From contig SVKS01000001.1 in the NCBI GenBank assembly GCA_015068345.1, positions 3,712 to 67,711 on the forward strand: a stretch of 64,000 nt of DNA, written 5' to 3'. Positions within the stretch are counted from its first letter, which is position 1, and each line of letters opens with the position of its first letter. Shown here piece by piece: positions 8,239-16,823 of the stretch. Position numbers and translations under genes: made by a program. The notes under the pieces were generated by a model, which saw only the letters and a program-made list of their open reading frames with translations, was not told the origin of the DNA and ran no database searches. Source of the DNA: Oscillospiraceae bacterium. GTDB lineage: Bacteria; Bacillota; Clostridia; Oscillospirales; QAMX01.

Positions 8239-9192
8239 TTAAACCAATATCGATGCAAAAGAGGTGGTTAACCCGGCAAAAAAGGCGGAGGCCGATAGGT
8301 TGGCATTTCGATATCCGGCCACGTGATTCAAAGCTTCCAGCAGAGAATACACCTTTTCCTTGCCAAACTCGGGAACGGTCTCTTCACCGGCATACCCGAG
8401 ACCTGCCGCACTTTTAGCCGAAAGGCACAAAAAGTCCCGCAGGGCACCGATAAAAGCATCCAGGTCGGTATTTGTGTCGCCGGCCAGGGTTTCGCCCAAA
8501 CGATACAAGGCGAATTCATCCTTTCTGGCGGCGGTTTTCAGATAATTCAAGGCCGCCTTACGCATGGCGTTGCCCTTGGTAATCAATTCCAGGGCTCGTC
8601 CGGCGTACCCGCCTGAGAGACGGATGATATCCTCCCGATCCAGAGGATCCATGTCAGGCGCAGTCTTTTTTAGAAAAGCGTCCATCAGGTCATGAGTCAG
8701 GGCTTCGGCGGTGTAGAGGGTGGAACGGGAAAGTACCGTGGGCAAAAGATGGCTTCTCGACCGGCACAGGATGATAAACCGGGCGGTGGCAGGGGGCTCC
8801 TCCAGAAGCTTCAGGAGGGCGTTTTGTCCTTCGGTATTCAGTTCCTCGGCATCTTCAAAAAGGTAGACCTTTTCCTTGGCCACGTGGGGGCGAATATAGG
8901 CATCGGTGCGGAGGCGTTTGATCTGTTCCACCGAAATGACCTTTTTGCGGTCCTTTTCGGGAATGATCACGTCGGGGTGCATTCCCTTTTCAATCAGGCG
9001 GCAGGTGTTGCAGTCGCCACAGGGAGGTGTACTGCTTTCGCAAAGGAAGGTGGTTGCAAGATAACGAGCCAGGGTTCTCTTGCCGCTTCCAGCGGGACCT
9101 TCGATGACGATGACACGCATGCCATTTCCCGACAAGGCGGCGGCTTTCGCCGCCGCCTTTAATCGTTCGTTACCAAATACGAGGAGACTCAA
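8239..9192 (-). CDS. holB: DNA polymerase III delta-prime subunit
   Basis: GPAGSGKRTLA Walker A-like, Zn module CGDCNTC, LLKLLEEPP. There is a 4-nt start/stop overlap with darA. Confidence 0.88.
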   Translation of the reverse strand: MSLLVFGNERLKAAAKAAALSGNGMRVIVIEGPAGSGKRTLARYLATTFLCESSTPPCGDCNTCRLIEKGMHPDVIIPEKDRKKVISVEQIKRLRTDAYIRPHVAKEKVYLFEDAEELNTEGQNALLKLLEEPPATARFIILCRSRSHLLPTVLSRSTLYTAEALTHDLMDAFLKKTAPDMDPLDREDIIRLSGGYAGRALELITKGNAMRKAALNYLKTAARKDEFALYRLGETLAGDTNTDLDAFIGALRDFLCLSAKSAAGLGYAGEETVPEFGKEKVYSLLEALNHVAGYRNANLSASAFFAGLTTSFASILV

Positions 9193-9512
9193 GCCTTTTC
9201 CATTCTCTCAATGTTGAGAACAAAGCAGGTGGCGCCGCCGACCATAACTTCCACAGGCATGGAGGAATAGACACCGCCGCTACCCATTTCGGTGGTGGGC
9301 AGGAGCTGACTGCGGCTGCGGGAATGCTTGCTGATGATACCAAGAACGGTATCAACCTTTTCGTCGTTAACACCCACAAGGATGGTGGTGTTTCCGGCTT
9401 TCAGGAAGCCACCGGTGGTGGCAAGCTTGGTCACCTGGAAACCTTCCTTGGTCAGGTTGTGAATGACGGTGGGGGCATCATCGTGATTGATAATCGAAAG
9501 GATCATCTTCAT
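9189..9512 (-). CDS. darA: PII-like cyclic-di-AMP receptor DarA (YaaQ)
   Basis: MKMILSIINHDDAPTVIHNLTKEGFQVTKLATTGGFLKAGNTTILVGV matches my memory of YaaQ/DarA. The darA-holB-ricT order matches Bacillus. Confidence 0.8.
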   Translation of the reverse strand: MKMILSIINHDDAPTVIHNLTKEGFQVTKLATTGGFLKAGNTTILVGVNDEKVDTVLGIISKHSRSRSQLLPTTEMGSGGVYSSMPVEVMVGGATCFVLNIERMEKA

Positions 9513-9573
9513 GAGGGAAACACTTCCTTTTTAAAAAATTTATATAAATTATTATATAATAATAATCTATATG

Positions 9574-10683
9574 CTAAATATAGCGCTTGTGGAGCATAAC
9601 TCCGGCAATGACAGGACTCATTTCAAATTTTGCCACGTCTCCGGGAGAGCATTCCACGTTGGTGACGTCTGCCACGGTGTGAAGGGTTCCAACCCGGCCC
9701 AAAACCCGACATCGGGCCCCGTTGATTTCAACGTAACGATAGGGGGAGCGGAGCAGACGCTTCAGTTCGTGCAACATGTAGCGAATGGTGGTGGCAGGGG
9801 TATAAATATCGTGGTCCTTTTCCAAACAGAAACCATCAGAATAACCCAGGGGAATCACGGCGATACGCATCCGGTGGGGAGCCTTATAGGCCGAACCGTA
9901 ACCGATGGTGGTACCGGCTTCAATCCAACGGGTTTCGATCAGGGAGCATTCCCCATAACCGGTTTTCCGAAGGCCAAAGTTGCCCTTCACCGGGATTCTG
10001 CCGGTGTAAGCCGAACCGATGCGAACCGCATCCAGATGGGAAAAGGGAAATTTGAAGAGGGCGGGAGAGTTTGCGGCATGAAGGAGTCCGGGATCAAACC
10101 CGGCTTCTTTTACGGCATTAACTACCTTCATGAAGGCATCCAGTTGGCGGCGAACACTCTTTTCTCCAATTTTACCCACGTGGAAGGCATTGCAACAATG
10201 GGTATACATGCCGGTGACGTGCAGATTTTTCATATACCGGAATACCGAAATCACCTTGTTGATCTCGGTGGGCTGGAAGCCGTAACGACCCATGCCGGTA
10301 TCGATTTCGATATGGACCGTTAAGACGGTGCCGTTCTGTTCTGCCAGATTGTTTGCGGCGACGGCCGCTTCATAGGAACCAATGGTGGCAATGCCGCCAC
10401 AGTCGATGATGGTTTCCAACTCCGAGGGGATGGCGGTGGAACGGAGAAGCAGGATGTTTTCTTCTGAAAATCCGGCATCCCGCAGTTTGACCAGGTCACC
10501 CGGTTCGGTAACAGCCAGAAAATGGATTCCCTGCTCCCGCATCAAACGGGCCACCTCAATCAGCCCAAAGCCGTAGGCGTTGCCCTTCAGGACACCGATA
10601 ACAATGGCATTTTCTGCCTTGGCACGGATGATTTTCAAATTGTTGGATACTGCCTCCCGTTCCACGACGAAAGCCTTTGTCAT
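9574..10683 (-). CDS. alr: alanine racemase
   Basis: N-terminal PLP-lysine motif VLKGNAYGFG, C-terminal beta-domain, 369 aa. Confidence 0.88.
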   Translation of the reverse strand: MTKAFVVEREAVSNNLKIIRAKAENAIVIGVLKGNAYGFGLIEVARLMREQGIHFLAVTEPGDLVKLRDAGFSEENILLLRSTAIPSELETIIDCGGIATIGSYEAAVAANNLAEQNGTVLTVHIEIDTGMGRYGFQPTEINKVISVFRYMKNLHVTGMYTHCCNAFHVGKIGEKSVRRQLDAFMKVVNAVKEAGFDPGLLHAANSPALFKFPFSHLDAVRIGSAYTGRIPVKGNFGLRKTGYGECSLIETRWIEAGTTIGYGSAYKAPHRMRIAVIPLGYSDGFCLEKDHDIYTPATTIRYMLHELKRLLRSPYRYVEINGARCRVLGRVGTLHTVADVTNVECSPGDVAKFEMSPVIAGVMLHKRYI

Positions 10684-10707
10684 GGGAATCCCTCCTTTTT
10701 TGTATTG

Positions 10708-11784
10708 TCAGCGGCCCATCCGCTTCAGGTAACGAAGCTTGCGGTAGGCCTTTTGTGCCAAATCCATACCCTTGGCAATCAGGGGCTTATATTCCAAATT
10801 AAACTCGCCAACGAATTCACAGAAGTCGCCGTTGAAACCCTTCTTGAACCGATAGAGTCCGTAGAGCGGGTTGTCCTCCGAAATATCACCCGATACGCCC
10901 CGGAAGTCGTAGATACGGCAACCGGTTTCCAGAGACCAACGAATCATTTCCCATTGCAGGAGATAGTTGGGCATCAGGTTGCGTTTCTCGTTGGAGCTGG
11001 CACCGTAGAGGTACCAAACCTTGTCTCCGTACTGGATGGCTACTGTGCCGGCGATACGGGTTCCTTCGGTGTCGTAGGCCATGTAAAGACGAGCGTTTTC
11101 CCCCAGGATTTCCAGCAGATGCTTGAAGTATTCCCGACCGCGAACGATGAAACGGTCCCGTTCGCCGGTGGTTTCCATGAGCTTTGCGAAGGCATCCAGT
11201 TCCTCGGGGGGGATTTCGATATTCCCGGGGAAATACTTTACGGTAACACCCTTACGGGTGGCAAGACGCAGGTTGTAGCGGGTTTTGGATTCCAGATTCT
11301 GCAGGAGTTCTTCTTCGGTCTTTCCGCCAACCTGAAGGCGGAAAACGTAACGGGGCTGGATCCCTTCGAAGTTCTTGCTGTCCGCAGGAAGACGGAAACC
11401 GAAGGATTCCATAATTTCGATGAATTCGGTATCTTCCGAAAGCACGTCGGGGTCGATCTTAAAGACGTAAGAGCCGTGTTTCTTGCCGGCTTCCCGGGCG
11501 CCATCGAAGAGATCTTTCAGAATTTCTCTGTTATGCACGTCGCAAACCGGACCCCGGGGGGCATACATAATGGAAAGTCCCATGGGAAGCTTGCGGAAAA
11601 GAAGCAGGAGACTGCCGCGGATGTTACCGTCGTCATCCAGGGAAAGGACGGCTCCGTTTTGCCAATTGTTTTTCACTTTGGTCCACAGCCAGGACTGGGC
11701 GAAATGCCCCTTGACATGGCCCTTGTTAAATTCTTCCATAGCCGAAACCAGGGTCGTGTCGGCGGCGGTGATGATCCTGTACAT
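10708..11784 (-). CDS. FemAB-family peptidoglycan interpeptide-bridge aminoacyltransferase (FemX-like)
   Basis: Family pattern HFAQSWLW...MYAPRGPV...KTRYNLRLA...WYLYGASS...MPNYLLQWEMIRW...YDFRG. The start is set at ATG 11784 (AAGGAGA RBS). Confidence 0.8.
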   Translation of the reverse strand: MYRIITAADTTLVSAMEEFNKGHVKGHFAQSWLWTKVKNNWQNGAVLSLDDDGNIRGSLLLLFRKLPMGLSIMYAPRGPVCDVHNREILKDLFDGAREAGKKHGSYVFKIDPDVLSEDTEFIEIMESFGFRLPADSKNFEGIQPRYVFRLQVGGKTEEELLQNLESKTRYNLRLATRKGVTVKYFPGNIEIPPEELDAFAKLMETTGERDRFIVRGREYFKHLLEILGENARLYMAYDTEGTRIAGTVAIQYGDKVWYLYGASSNEKRNLMPNYLLQWEMIRWSLETGCRIYDFRGVSGDISEDNPLYGLYRFKKGFNGDFCEFVGEFNLEYKPLIAKGMDLAQKAYRKLRYLKRMGR

Positions 11785-11877
11785 GAAACGTCTCCTTATA
11801 TAAGCCCAAAGGCGGTGATGTCCTATTGTTTGGCGGAATCTTCCAATCAAAAATGAATGGACCTTTTCGATATGGTT

Positions 11878-11906
11878 ATTATAACAAAAAAATAGCCTTC
11901 TGTAAA
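11878..11906 (-). promoter_or_regulatory. sigma-A-type promoter for the femX-like/alr unit
   Basis: Minus strand: TTTACA (11906-11901), 17 nt, TGtTATAAT (-10 at 11883-11878). Confidence 0.55.
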
Positions 11907-11948
11907 GGCTTTCTTGTCCGAAAATATATCATGACTCAGAAATGCCAC

Positions 11949-11977
11949 TTGCATTCCGGAGGTAAATTCGGTATAAT
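11949..11977 (+). promoter_or_regulatory. sigma-A-type promoter for glyA
   Basis: TTGCAT (11949-54), 17 nt, TATAAT (11972-77). Confidence 0.6.
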
Positions 11978-12043
11978 AAACGAAAGCACGTTTTTGGCCG
12001 AATCCTGAAAAGGAAAACGGATATTCTGTATGGAGGACGAAAT

Positions 12044-13294
12044 ATGACTTATATGGATTATAGCCTGGATACCGTCCGGGCATACGATCCGGATGTGGCG
12101 ACGGCATTGCATGCCGAACTGACCCGGGAACGCCGCAATCTGGAACTGATTGCATCGGAAAACGTAGTGTCTCCGGCGGTTTTGGCGGCGGTAGGCAGCG
12201 TATTGACCAATAAATATGCCGAGGGCTACCCGGATAAGCGCTATTACGGCGGTTGTGAAGAGGTAGACGTGGTGGAAAATTTGGCAAGAGAGCGGGCCAA
12301 GAAGCTCTTCGGGGCCGATCATGCCAACGTCCAACCCCACTCGGGGGCCAGTGCCAATCTGGCGGTGTTTTTTGCCCTGCTTCAGCCGGGGGATACCGTT
12401 CTTTCCATGAGTCTGGCCAATGGCGGACACCTCTCCCACGGCAGCCCGGTGAATATTTCGGGTAAGTATTTTCATATCGTGTCCTACGACGTGGACCCTG
12501 AAAGCCATCGCATCGATTATGATAAGCTGCTGGAAACTGCCCGGGAAGTGAAACCTAAAATGATTCTGGCGGGGGCCAGTGCCTATCCCCGTATCATTGA
12601 TTTCGAAAGATTTGCCGCTGTGGCAAAGGAAGTGGGAGCCTATTTCTTTGTGGATATGGCCCACATTGCCGGACTTGTGGCGGCGGGACTCCATCCCTCC
12701 CCGGTTCCCTATGCCGACGTGGTCACCACCACCACCCATAAGACCCTCCGGGGGCCCAGAGGCGGTATGATCCTGTGCAAGGAGGAATTTGCCAAGGCCA
12801 TTGACAAGGCGGTCTTCCCCGGCACCCAGGGCGGTCCCCTGATGCATGTGATCGCCGGCAAAGCGGTCTGTTTCAAGGAAGCGCTGTCCCGGGAATTCAA
12901 GGATTACCAGACCCAAATCGTGAAAAATGCCAAGGCACTGTCCCTGGCCCTTCTGGATAAAGGCTTCGATCTGGTTTCCGGCGGTACCGATAACCACCTG
13001 ATGCTGGTGGATCTGCGTAATTACGGTATCACCGGCAAGGAAATGCAGAACCGTTTGGACAACGTCTATATCACCGTCAACAAAAATGCCATTCCCAATG
13101 ATCCCCAGAGTCCTTTTGTAACCTCCGGCGTGCGTATCGGTACCCCTGCGGTTACCTCCAGAGGTTTGGTGGAAAAGGATATGGCCAAGCTTGCCGAATT
13201 GGTTGCTCTGGCTGCCGGTGATAAGTACGAAGAAAATATCGGCTACATCCGTGCTGAGGTGGAAAGAATTACCCAAGAATATCCTCTTTACTAA
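12044..13294 (+). CDS. glyA: serine hydroxymethyltransferase
   Basis: LIASEN, KYAEGYPxKRYYGG, [14 protein letters not shown] (PLP lysine), 416 aa. Confidence 0.95.
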   Translation: MTYMDYSLDTVRAYDPDVATALHAELTRERRNLELIASENVVSPAVLAAVGSVLTNKYAEGYPDKRYYGGCEEVDVVENLARERAKKLFGADHANVQPHSGASANLAVFFALLQPGDTVLSMSLANGGHLSHGSPVNISGKYFHIVSYDVDPESHRIDYDKLLETAREVKPKMILAGASAYPRIIDFERFAAVAKEVGAYFFVDMAHIAGLVAAGLHPSPVPYADVVTTTTHKTLRGPRGGMILCKEEFAKAIDKAVFPGTQGGPLMHVIAGKAVCFKEALSREFKDYQTQIVKNAKALSLALLDKGFDLVSGGTDNHLMLVDLRNYGITGKEMQNRLDNVYITVNKNAIPNDPQSPFVTSGVRIGTPAVTSRGLVEKDMAKLAELVALAAGDKYEENIGYIRAEVERITQEYPLY

Positions 13295-13312
13295 ACGAAC
13301 GAAAGGGAGCGT

Positions 13313-14227
13313 ATGCAGATGAAAGAAGTAACGATCCTGCCCCGTGCGTTATCCCTTTTGCTGAAGGAAACCAATGGAGATGCTATCCGCTTGTATCTCT
13401 ACTATCTTTCCAAGGGGGAAACGGAAGCAGAAGGTGCCATGCACAGTTTGAACCTTACCCGGGAAGGATATGCAGCGGCTTATGCCGAGTTGATGTCCCT
13501 GGAGCTCCTGCCAAAGGAAAAACGAGTGCTGGATGAAGCCCCCGCCAGCTATACCAGGGAAGAGATTGCCAGAATTACCCGGGAAGATCCTGAATTCCAC
13601 GAATTGGTGCTCTTTTCCGAACGCCGATTGGGGCATATGGCCAGTGTCAGCGAAGTGCAGACCCTGTTGAATATTTATCATTGGCAGGGATTACCCTGTA
13701 GTGTGATCATGCTTTTGGTGGGGTACTGTGCCGATCAGGCGGTGAAGCAGAATCGTCGGCTAACCATGGGCTCCATTCGCAGTACCGCCAATAAGTGGAT
13801 CAATCAGAACATTGATACACCGGATAAGGCAGACCAATATCTTCGTGTCCTGGAAAATCAGTCCCATTATCTGGAACAGGTAACACGAATGCTACACATC
13901 ACAGCGGTGACCCCATCGGTGGATGCATACATACGGGAGTGGGCGGATAAAAAAATGGATATTGCCCTGGTGGAGCGGGCGGCGGATATTTCCGCTATGC
14001 GGTTTGGCTCTATCAATATCCGTTATATGAATGGGATTCTCCGAGGCTGGTTTGAAAAGGGCTATTTCACCCTGGAAGCAGTGGAGGCCAACGAAGGCAA
14101 GCGGGACCCGGCACCGGCCTTCCGGCCCAAAAGGGAGCAATCGGCAGCCCCGTCCCAAGGGGAAACCGATGCCATTCGCAAAGCCCGGGAGTTTTACGAA
14201 AAAAAGCAACGGGAGCAGCAGAAGTAA
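13313..14227 (+). CDS. DnaD-domain replication initiation/restart protein (Bacillus DnaB-like helicase-loader partner)
   Basis: Two DnaD/DnaB_2-type C-terminal repeats (...LLNIYHWQGLP...ANKWINQNI... and ...AADISAMRF...YMNGILRGWFEKG). It directly precedes a dnaI-like gene, as in the B. subtilis dnaB-dnaI pair. The start may be the second ATG (13319). Confidence 0.65.
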   Translation: MQMKEVTILPRALSLLLKETNGDAIRLYLYYLSKGETEAEGAMHSLNLTREGYAAAYAELMSLELLPKEKRVLDEAPASYTREEIARITREDPEFHELVLFSERRLGHMASVSEVQTLLNIYHWQGLPCSVIMLLVGYCADQAVKQNRRLTMGSIRSTANKWINQNIDTPDKADQYLRVLENQSHYLEQVTRMLHITAVTPSVDAYIREWADKKMDIALVERAADISAMRFGSINIRYMNGILRGWFEKGYFTLEAVEANEGKRDPAPAFRPKREQSAAPSQGETDAIRKAREFYEKKQREQQK

Positions 14228-14248
14228 AAGCAACAGGAGGCGACAGTT

Positions 14249-15220
14249 ATGGCACATCATCCCGAAATTATACGGGAGGCCCGAGAACAGTACCGGGAAG
14301 CGGTTCGGGTCTTTAACGAAAAAGAAGAAGCGAAAAAGAAAAGCCTCCTGGAACAGTCTCCCAGATTACAGGAGACAGCGGCAGAACTGGATCGTCTTTC
14401 TCTTCGTATGGCTCATGCGGCACTGATGGGATTACCGACGGAAATTCCCAAGATTCGGCAGCAAGCGGAGGAAATCCATCAGAAACAGGGGGACATTCTG
14501 GAGGAAATGGGGGAAATCCGGGATGCCCTGCGCCCTCACTATATGTGTCCCCTTTGTGAAGATTCCGGCAGTACCGGCAAGGGGAACTGCAGCTGTCTGA
14601 TGTCGGTTTACACGGAACGCATGTTGAAACGTTATCAAATGTACCTGGGGAATGCGGAACTGGGAAATCTGCAGATGGACCTTTTTTCCACCGCATTTGG
14701 TGCGAACGGCGTGTCTCCCCGCATACTGATTGATTACGCAGCAGATATTTGTAGGCGCTATGCCGAGGAGTTTTGCGAAGGACAAGCCGGTGGTTTGTTT
14801 ATCTATGGTGCTTGTGGTGTTGGCAAAAGCTTTTTGGCAGCGGGAACGGTCAGAAGAATCATCGAGCGGGGGTATTACGTCCATTGCATATCGGCAACGG
14901 AGCTCTTTTCTATTTATGAACGCTCTCGTTTTGGACGGTGTGAAGCGTCGGAAAAAGCCATGCTGGATGCCTGCTTTGAAGCGGATCTTCTTTTCCTGGA
15001 TGATTTGGGAAGCGAAGTGGCCTCTGCACACAATGCACCCTTCCTGGCCCGCCTGCTGAACGAGCGCATCAACCGGCAAAAGGGGACGATCCTGGTGGCC
15101 CAATGTATGGATGCGGACGAGCTTGCCAGACGTTATTCCGCTCAAATCCGATCCCGGGTGAAGGGGTCCTTTACCGAAATGATGATATTGGGAAACGATC
15201 TTCGAAATACAGCAAAATAA
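14249..15220 (+). CDS. dnaI: helicase loader DnaI/DnaC-family AAA+ ATPase
   Basis: N-terminal Zn motif CPLCEDSGSTGKGNCSC, Walker A GACGVGKS, Walker B LLFLDDLG. AGGAGG RBS. Confidence 0.8.
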   Translation: MAHHPEIIREAREQYREAVRVFNEKEEAKKKSLLEQSPRLQETAAELDRLSLRMAHAALMGLPTEIPKIRQQAEEIHQKQGDILEEMGEIRDALRPHYMCPLCEDSGSTGKGNCSCLMSVYTERMLKRYQMYLGNAELGNLQMDLFSTAFGANGVSPRILIDYAADICRRYAEEFCEGQAGGLFIYGACGVGKSFLAAGTVRRIIERGYYVHCISATELFSIYERSRFGRCEASEKAMLDACFEADLLFLDDLGSEVASAHNAPFLARLLNERINRQKGTILVAQCMDADELARRYSAQIRSRVKGSFTEMMILGNDLRNTAK

Positions 15221-15229
15221 GAAAGCAAG

Positions 15230-15262
15230 ATCCACAGATGAGTCCTCAGCTGTGGATTTTTT
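15230..15262 (+). terminator. rho-independent terminator after dnaI
   Basis: ATCCACAG...CTGTGGAT stem with an inner TGAG/CTCA pairing, followed by TTTTTT. Confidence 0.75.
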
Positions 15263-15288
15263 GTTTGCAAAGAGCAGAATATATATGG

Positions 15289-15317
15289 TTGAATTTTGGG
15301 ACTTAATATATTATACT
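15289..15317 (+). promoter_or_regulatory. sigma-A-type promoter for the LytTR regulator operon
   Basis: TTGAAT (15289-94), 17 nt, TATACT (15312-17). Confidence 0.45.
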
Positions 15318-15355
15318 GTAAGAAAACCGGATACCAATGCGAAAGGGAGGGATGA

Positions 15356-16057
15356 TTGGTGAAATACAAAATTGCCGTTTGTGATGACAATGCAGCGGAC
15401 CGAAACTATATTTTGGATATGATAAATCGCTGGGCAAAAGTCGGCGAACGGGAGATCGTCCCGGATAGCTTTCCCTCTGCCGAAAGCTTTCTGTTTCATT
15501 ATGCGGAAAAGAGTGACTACGAGATTCTTCTTTTGGATATTGAAATGGGGGATATGGACGGCGTTACCCTGGCAAAGAAGATCCGGGAGAATAACGATAC
15601 TCTGCAGATCATTTTTGTCACCGGCTACTCTGACTACATCGCCGAGGGCTACGAGGTGGCTGCCCTCCATTACCTGATGAAGCCGGTGAAGGAGGAAAAG
15701 CTTTTTTCTGTGTTGGACCGGGCTGTAGAAAAGCTTGCGAGAAACGAAAAGGTTTTGCATTTTGAAGTGGGCGGTGATATGGTACGGGTACCAATCCACA
15801 AGCTCCGCTATGCGGAGGTATTCGGCAACTACGTGACAATCCATGCCGAAGGGGAAATCACGGTAAAAATGACCCTGGGAGATCTGGAAAAACAGCTTGA
15901 CGAACGGTTTTATCGGGTAGGACGCTCCGCCATTGTAAATCTGACCCAGGTCAGTCGGGTCACCAGAACCGAAATCAAACTCATGGATGGTACCGCCCTT
16001 CCCCTTCCGCGGGGGGCTTATAATAGTATCAATCGGGCCATCATCAATATGGAGTGA
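15356..16057 (+). CDS. LytTR/AlgR-family two-component response regulator
   Basis: Receiver domain (CDD...LLLDIEMGDMDG...FVTGY...HYLMKP) plus a C-terminal LytTR DNA-binding domain (...VPIHKLRYAEVFGNYVTIH...RSAIVNL). The start is TTG 15356 or GTG 15359, after AAGGGAGGG. Confidence 0.88.
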   Translation: MVKYKIAVCDDNAADRNYILDMINRWAKVGEREIVPDSFPSAESFLFHYAEKSDYEILLLDIEMGDMDGVTLAKKIRENNDTLQIIFVTGYSDYIAEGYEVAALHYLMKPVKEEKLFSVLDRAVEKLARNEKVLHFEVGGDMVRVPIHKLRYAEVFGNYVTIHAEGEITVKMTLGDLEKQLDERFYRVGRSAIVNLTQVSRVTRTEIKLMDGTALPLPRGAYNSINRAIINME

Positions 16058-16061
16058 TAAA

Positions 16062-16745
16062 ATGGGCTTTTTTTCCAAACGAATTGACAAAAAGATTGCC
16101 GACTACCAACGGGAACTGATCGAGACCCACTACCGGGAGGTGGACAATATGTACCGCCAGATCCGGGGATGGCGGCACGATTACCGAAACCATATCCAAA
16201 TCATGAAAGCCTACGCCGCCGCCGAAAATTGGGAGGCCATCAAACATCATCTGGATCTTTTGGATCAGGACCTGACCACCGTGGATACGGTGATCAAAAC
16301 CGGAAACCCCATGACCGATGCCATTCTCAATTCCAAGATATCCCTGGCAAAGGAACGGGGTATTGAGGTGGTGGCGGACGCCCATGTTCCCTTGAGACTG
16401 AAAACCTCCGAAATGGACTTATGTTGTATTATCGGGAACCTTTTTGATAACGCCATCGAAGCCAGCCTGAAGTTGCCGGAGGGGCAGCGGGTTATCCGGG
16501 TGTATATTGATATGCGAAATACCCAACTCTATATCTCCTTCACCAACTTTACAGCTGGAAAGAAGCTCCAAAAGGAAGGGAATATCTTTCGCAGTACCAA
16601 GGGGGAGGGGCACGGGTTTGGGCTTGTGCGCATCGACGCCATTGTGGAGCGGTTGGAGGGATACATCAGCCGCAACAGCGAAGATGGAGCCTTTACCACC
16701 GAAATATTGCTTCCCCAGGTGTGGGGATTGCAATTCATCCCCTAA
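16062..16745 (+). CDS. cytoplasmic (TM-less) GHKL histidine kinase, AgrC/LytS-type catalytic core
   Basis: H-box WRHDYRNHIQ, N-box IIGNLFDNAIEA, G-box GEGHGFGL. It is 227 aa, and the N-terminus MGFFSKRIDKKIADYQRELIETHYRE has no hydrophobic segment. The start is 4 nt after the RR stop. Confidence 0.8.
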   Translation: MGFFSKRIDKKIADYQRELIETHYREVDNMYRQIRGWRHDYRNHIQIMKAYAAAENWEAIKHHLDLLDQDLTTVDTVIKTGNPMTDAILNSKISLAKERGIEVVADAHVPLRLKTSEMDLCCIIGNLFDNAIEASLKLPEGQRVIRVYIDMRNTQLYISFTNFTAGKKLQKEGNIFRSTKGEGHGFGLVRIDAIVERLEGYISRNSEDGAFTTEILLPQVWGLQFIP

Positions 16746-16756
16746 AAACAACGATT

Positions 16757-16787
16757 CGTCCCCGAGTTTCACCGGGGACGATTTTTT
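16757..16787 (+). terminator. rho-independent terminator after the kinase gene
   Basis: CGTCCCCG-N8-CGGGGACG followed by ATTTTTT. Confidence 0.7.
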
Positions 16788-16823
16788 GTGATAGGATAGA
16801 CGCAGAAAGGAAGGTGATCCTTC

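Noticed and set aside
8284-8299. parS-like CACGTGA core (ccggccacgtgattca)
   Set aside because: Only about 9 of 16 positions match the parS consensus, and the left half-site is absent.
11893-11920. Hairpin AGCCTT-N-AAGGCT + T7 on the minus strand between femX and glyA, initially read as a terminator
   Set aside because: No minus-strand gene lies upstream to be terminated. The same bases supply the -35 (TTTACA) and spacer of a good femX promoter.
11978-12043. Possible riboswitch (ZTP/THF) or T-box in the glyA leader, and T-boxes before cysE and hisS (43685-43688, 41529-41540)
   Set aside because: The leaders or gaps are only about 60, 4 and 12 nt long. That is too short for any of these elements, and I saw no conserved cores.
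10522-13276. ORFs 10522-11856 (+, 444 aa) and 11936-13276 (-, 446 aa)
   Set aside because: They are antisense to the femX-like gene and glyA respectively. No motifs were found.
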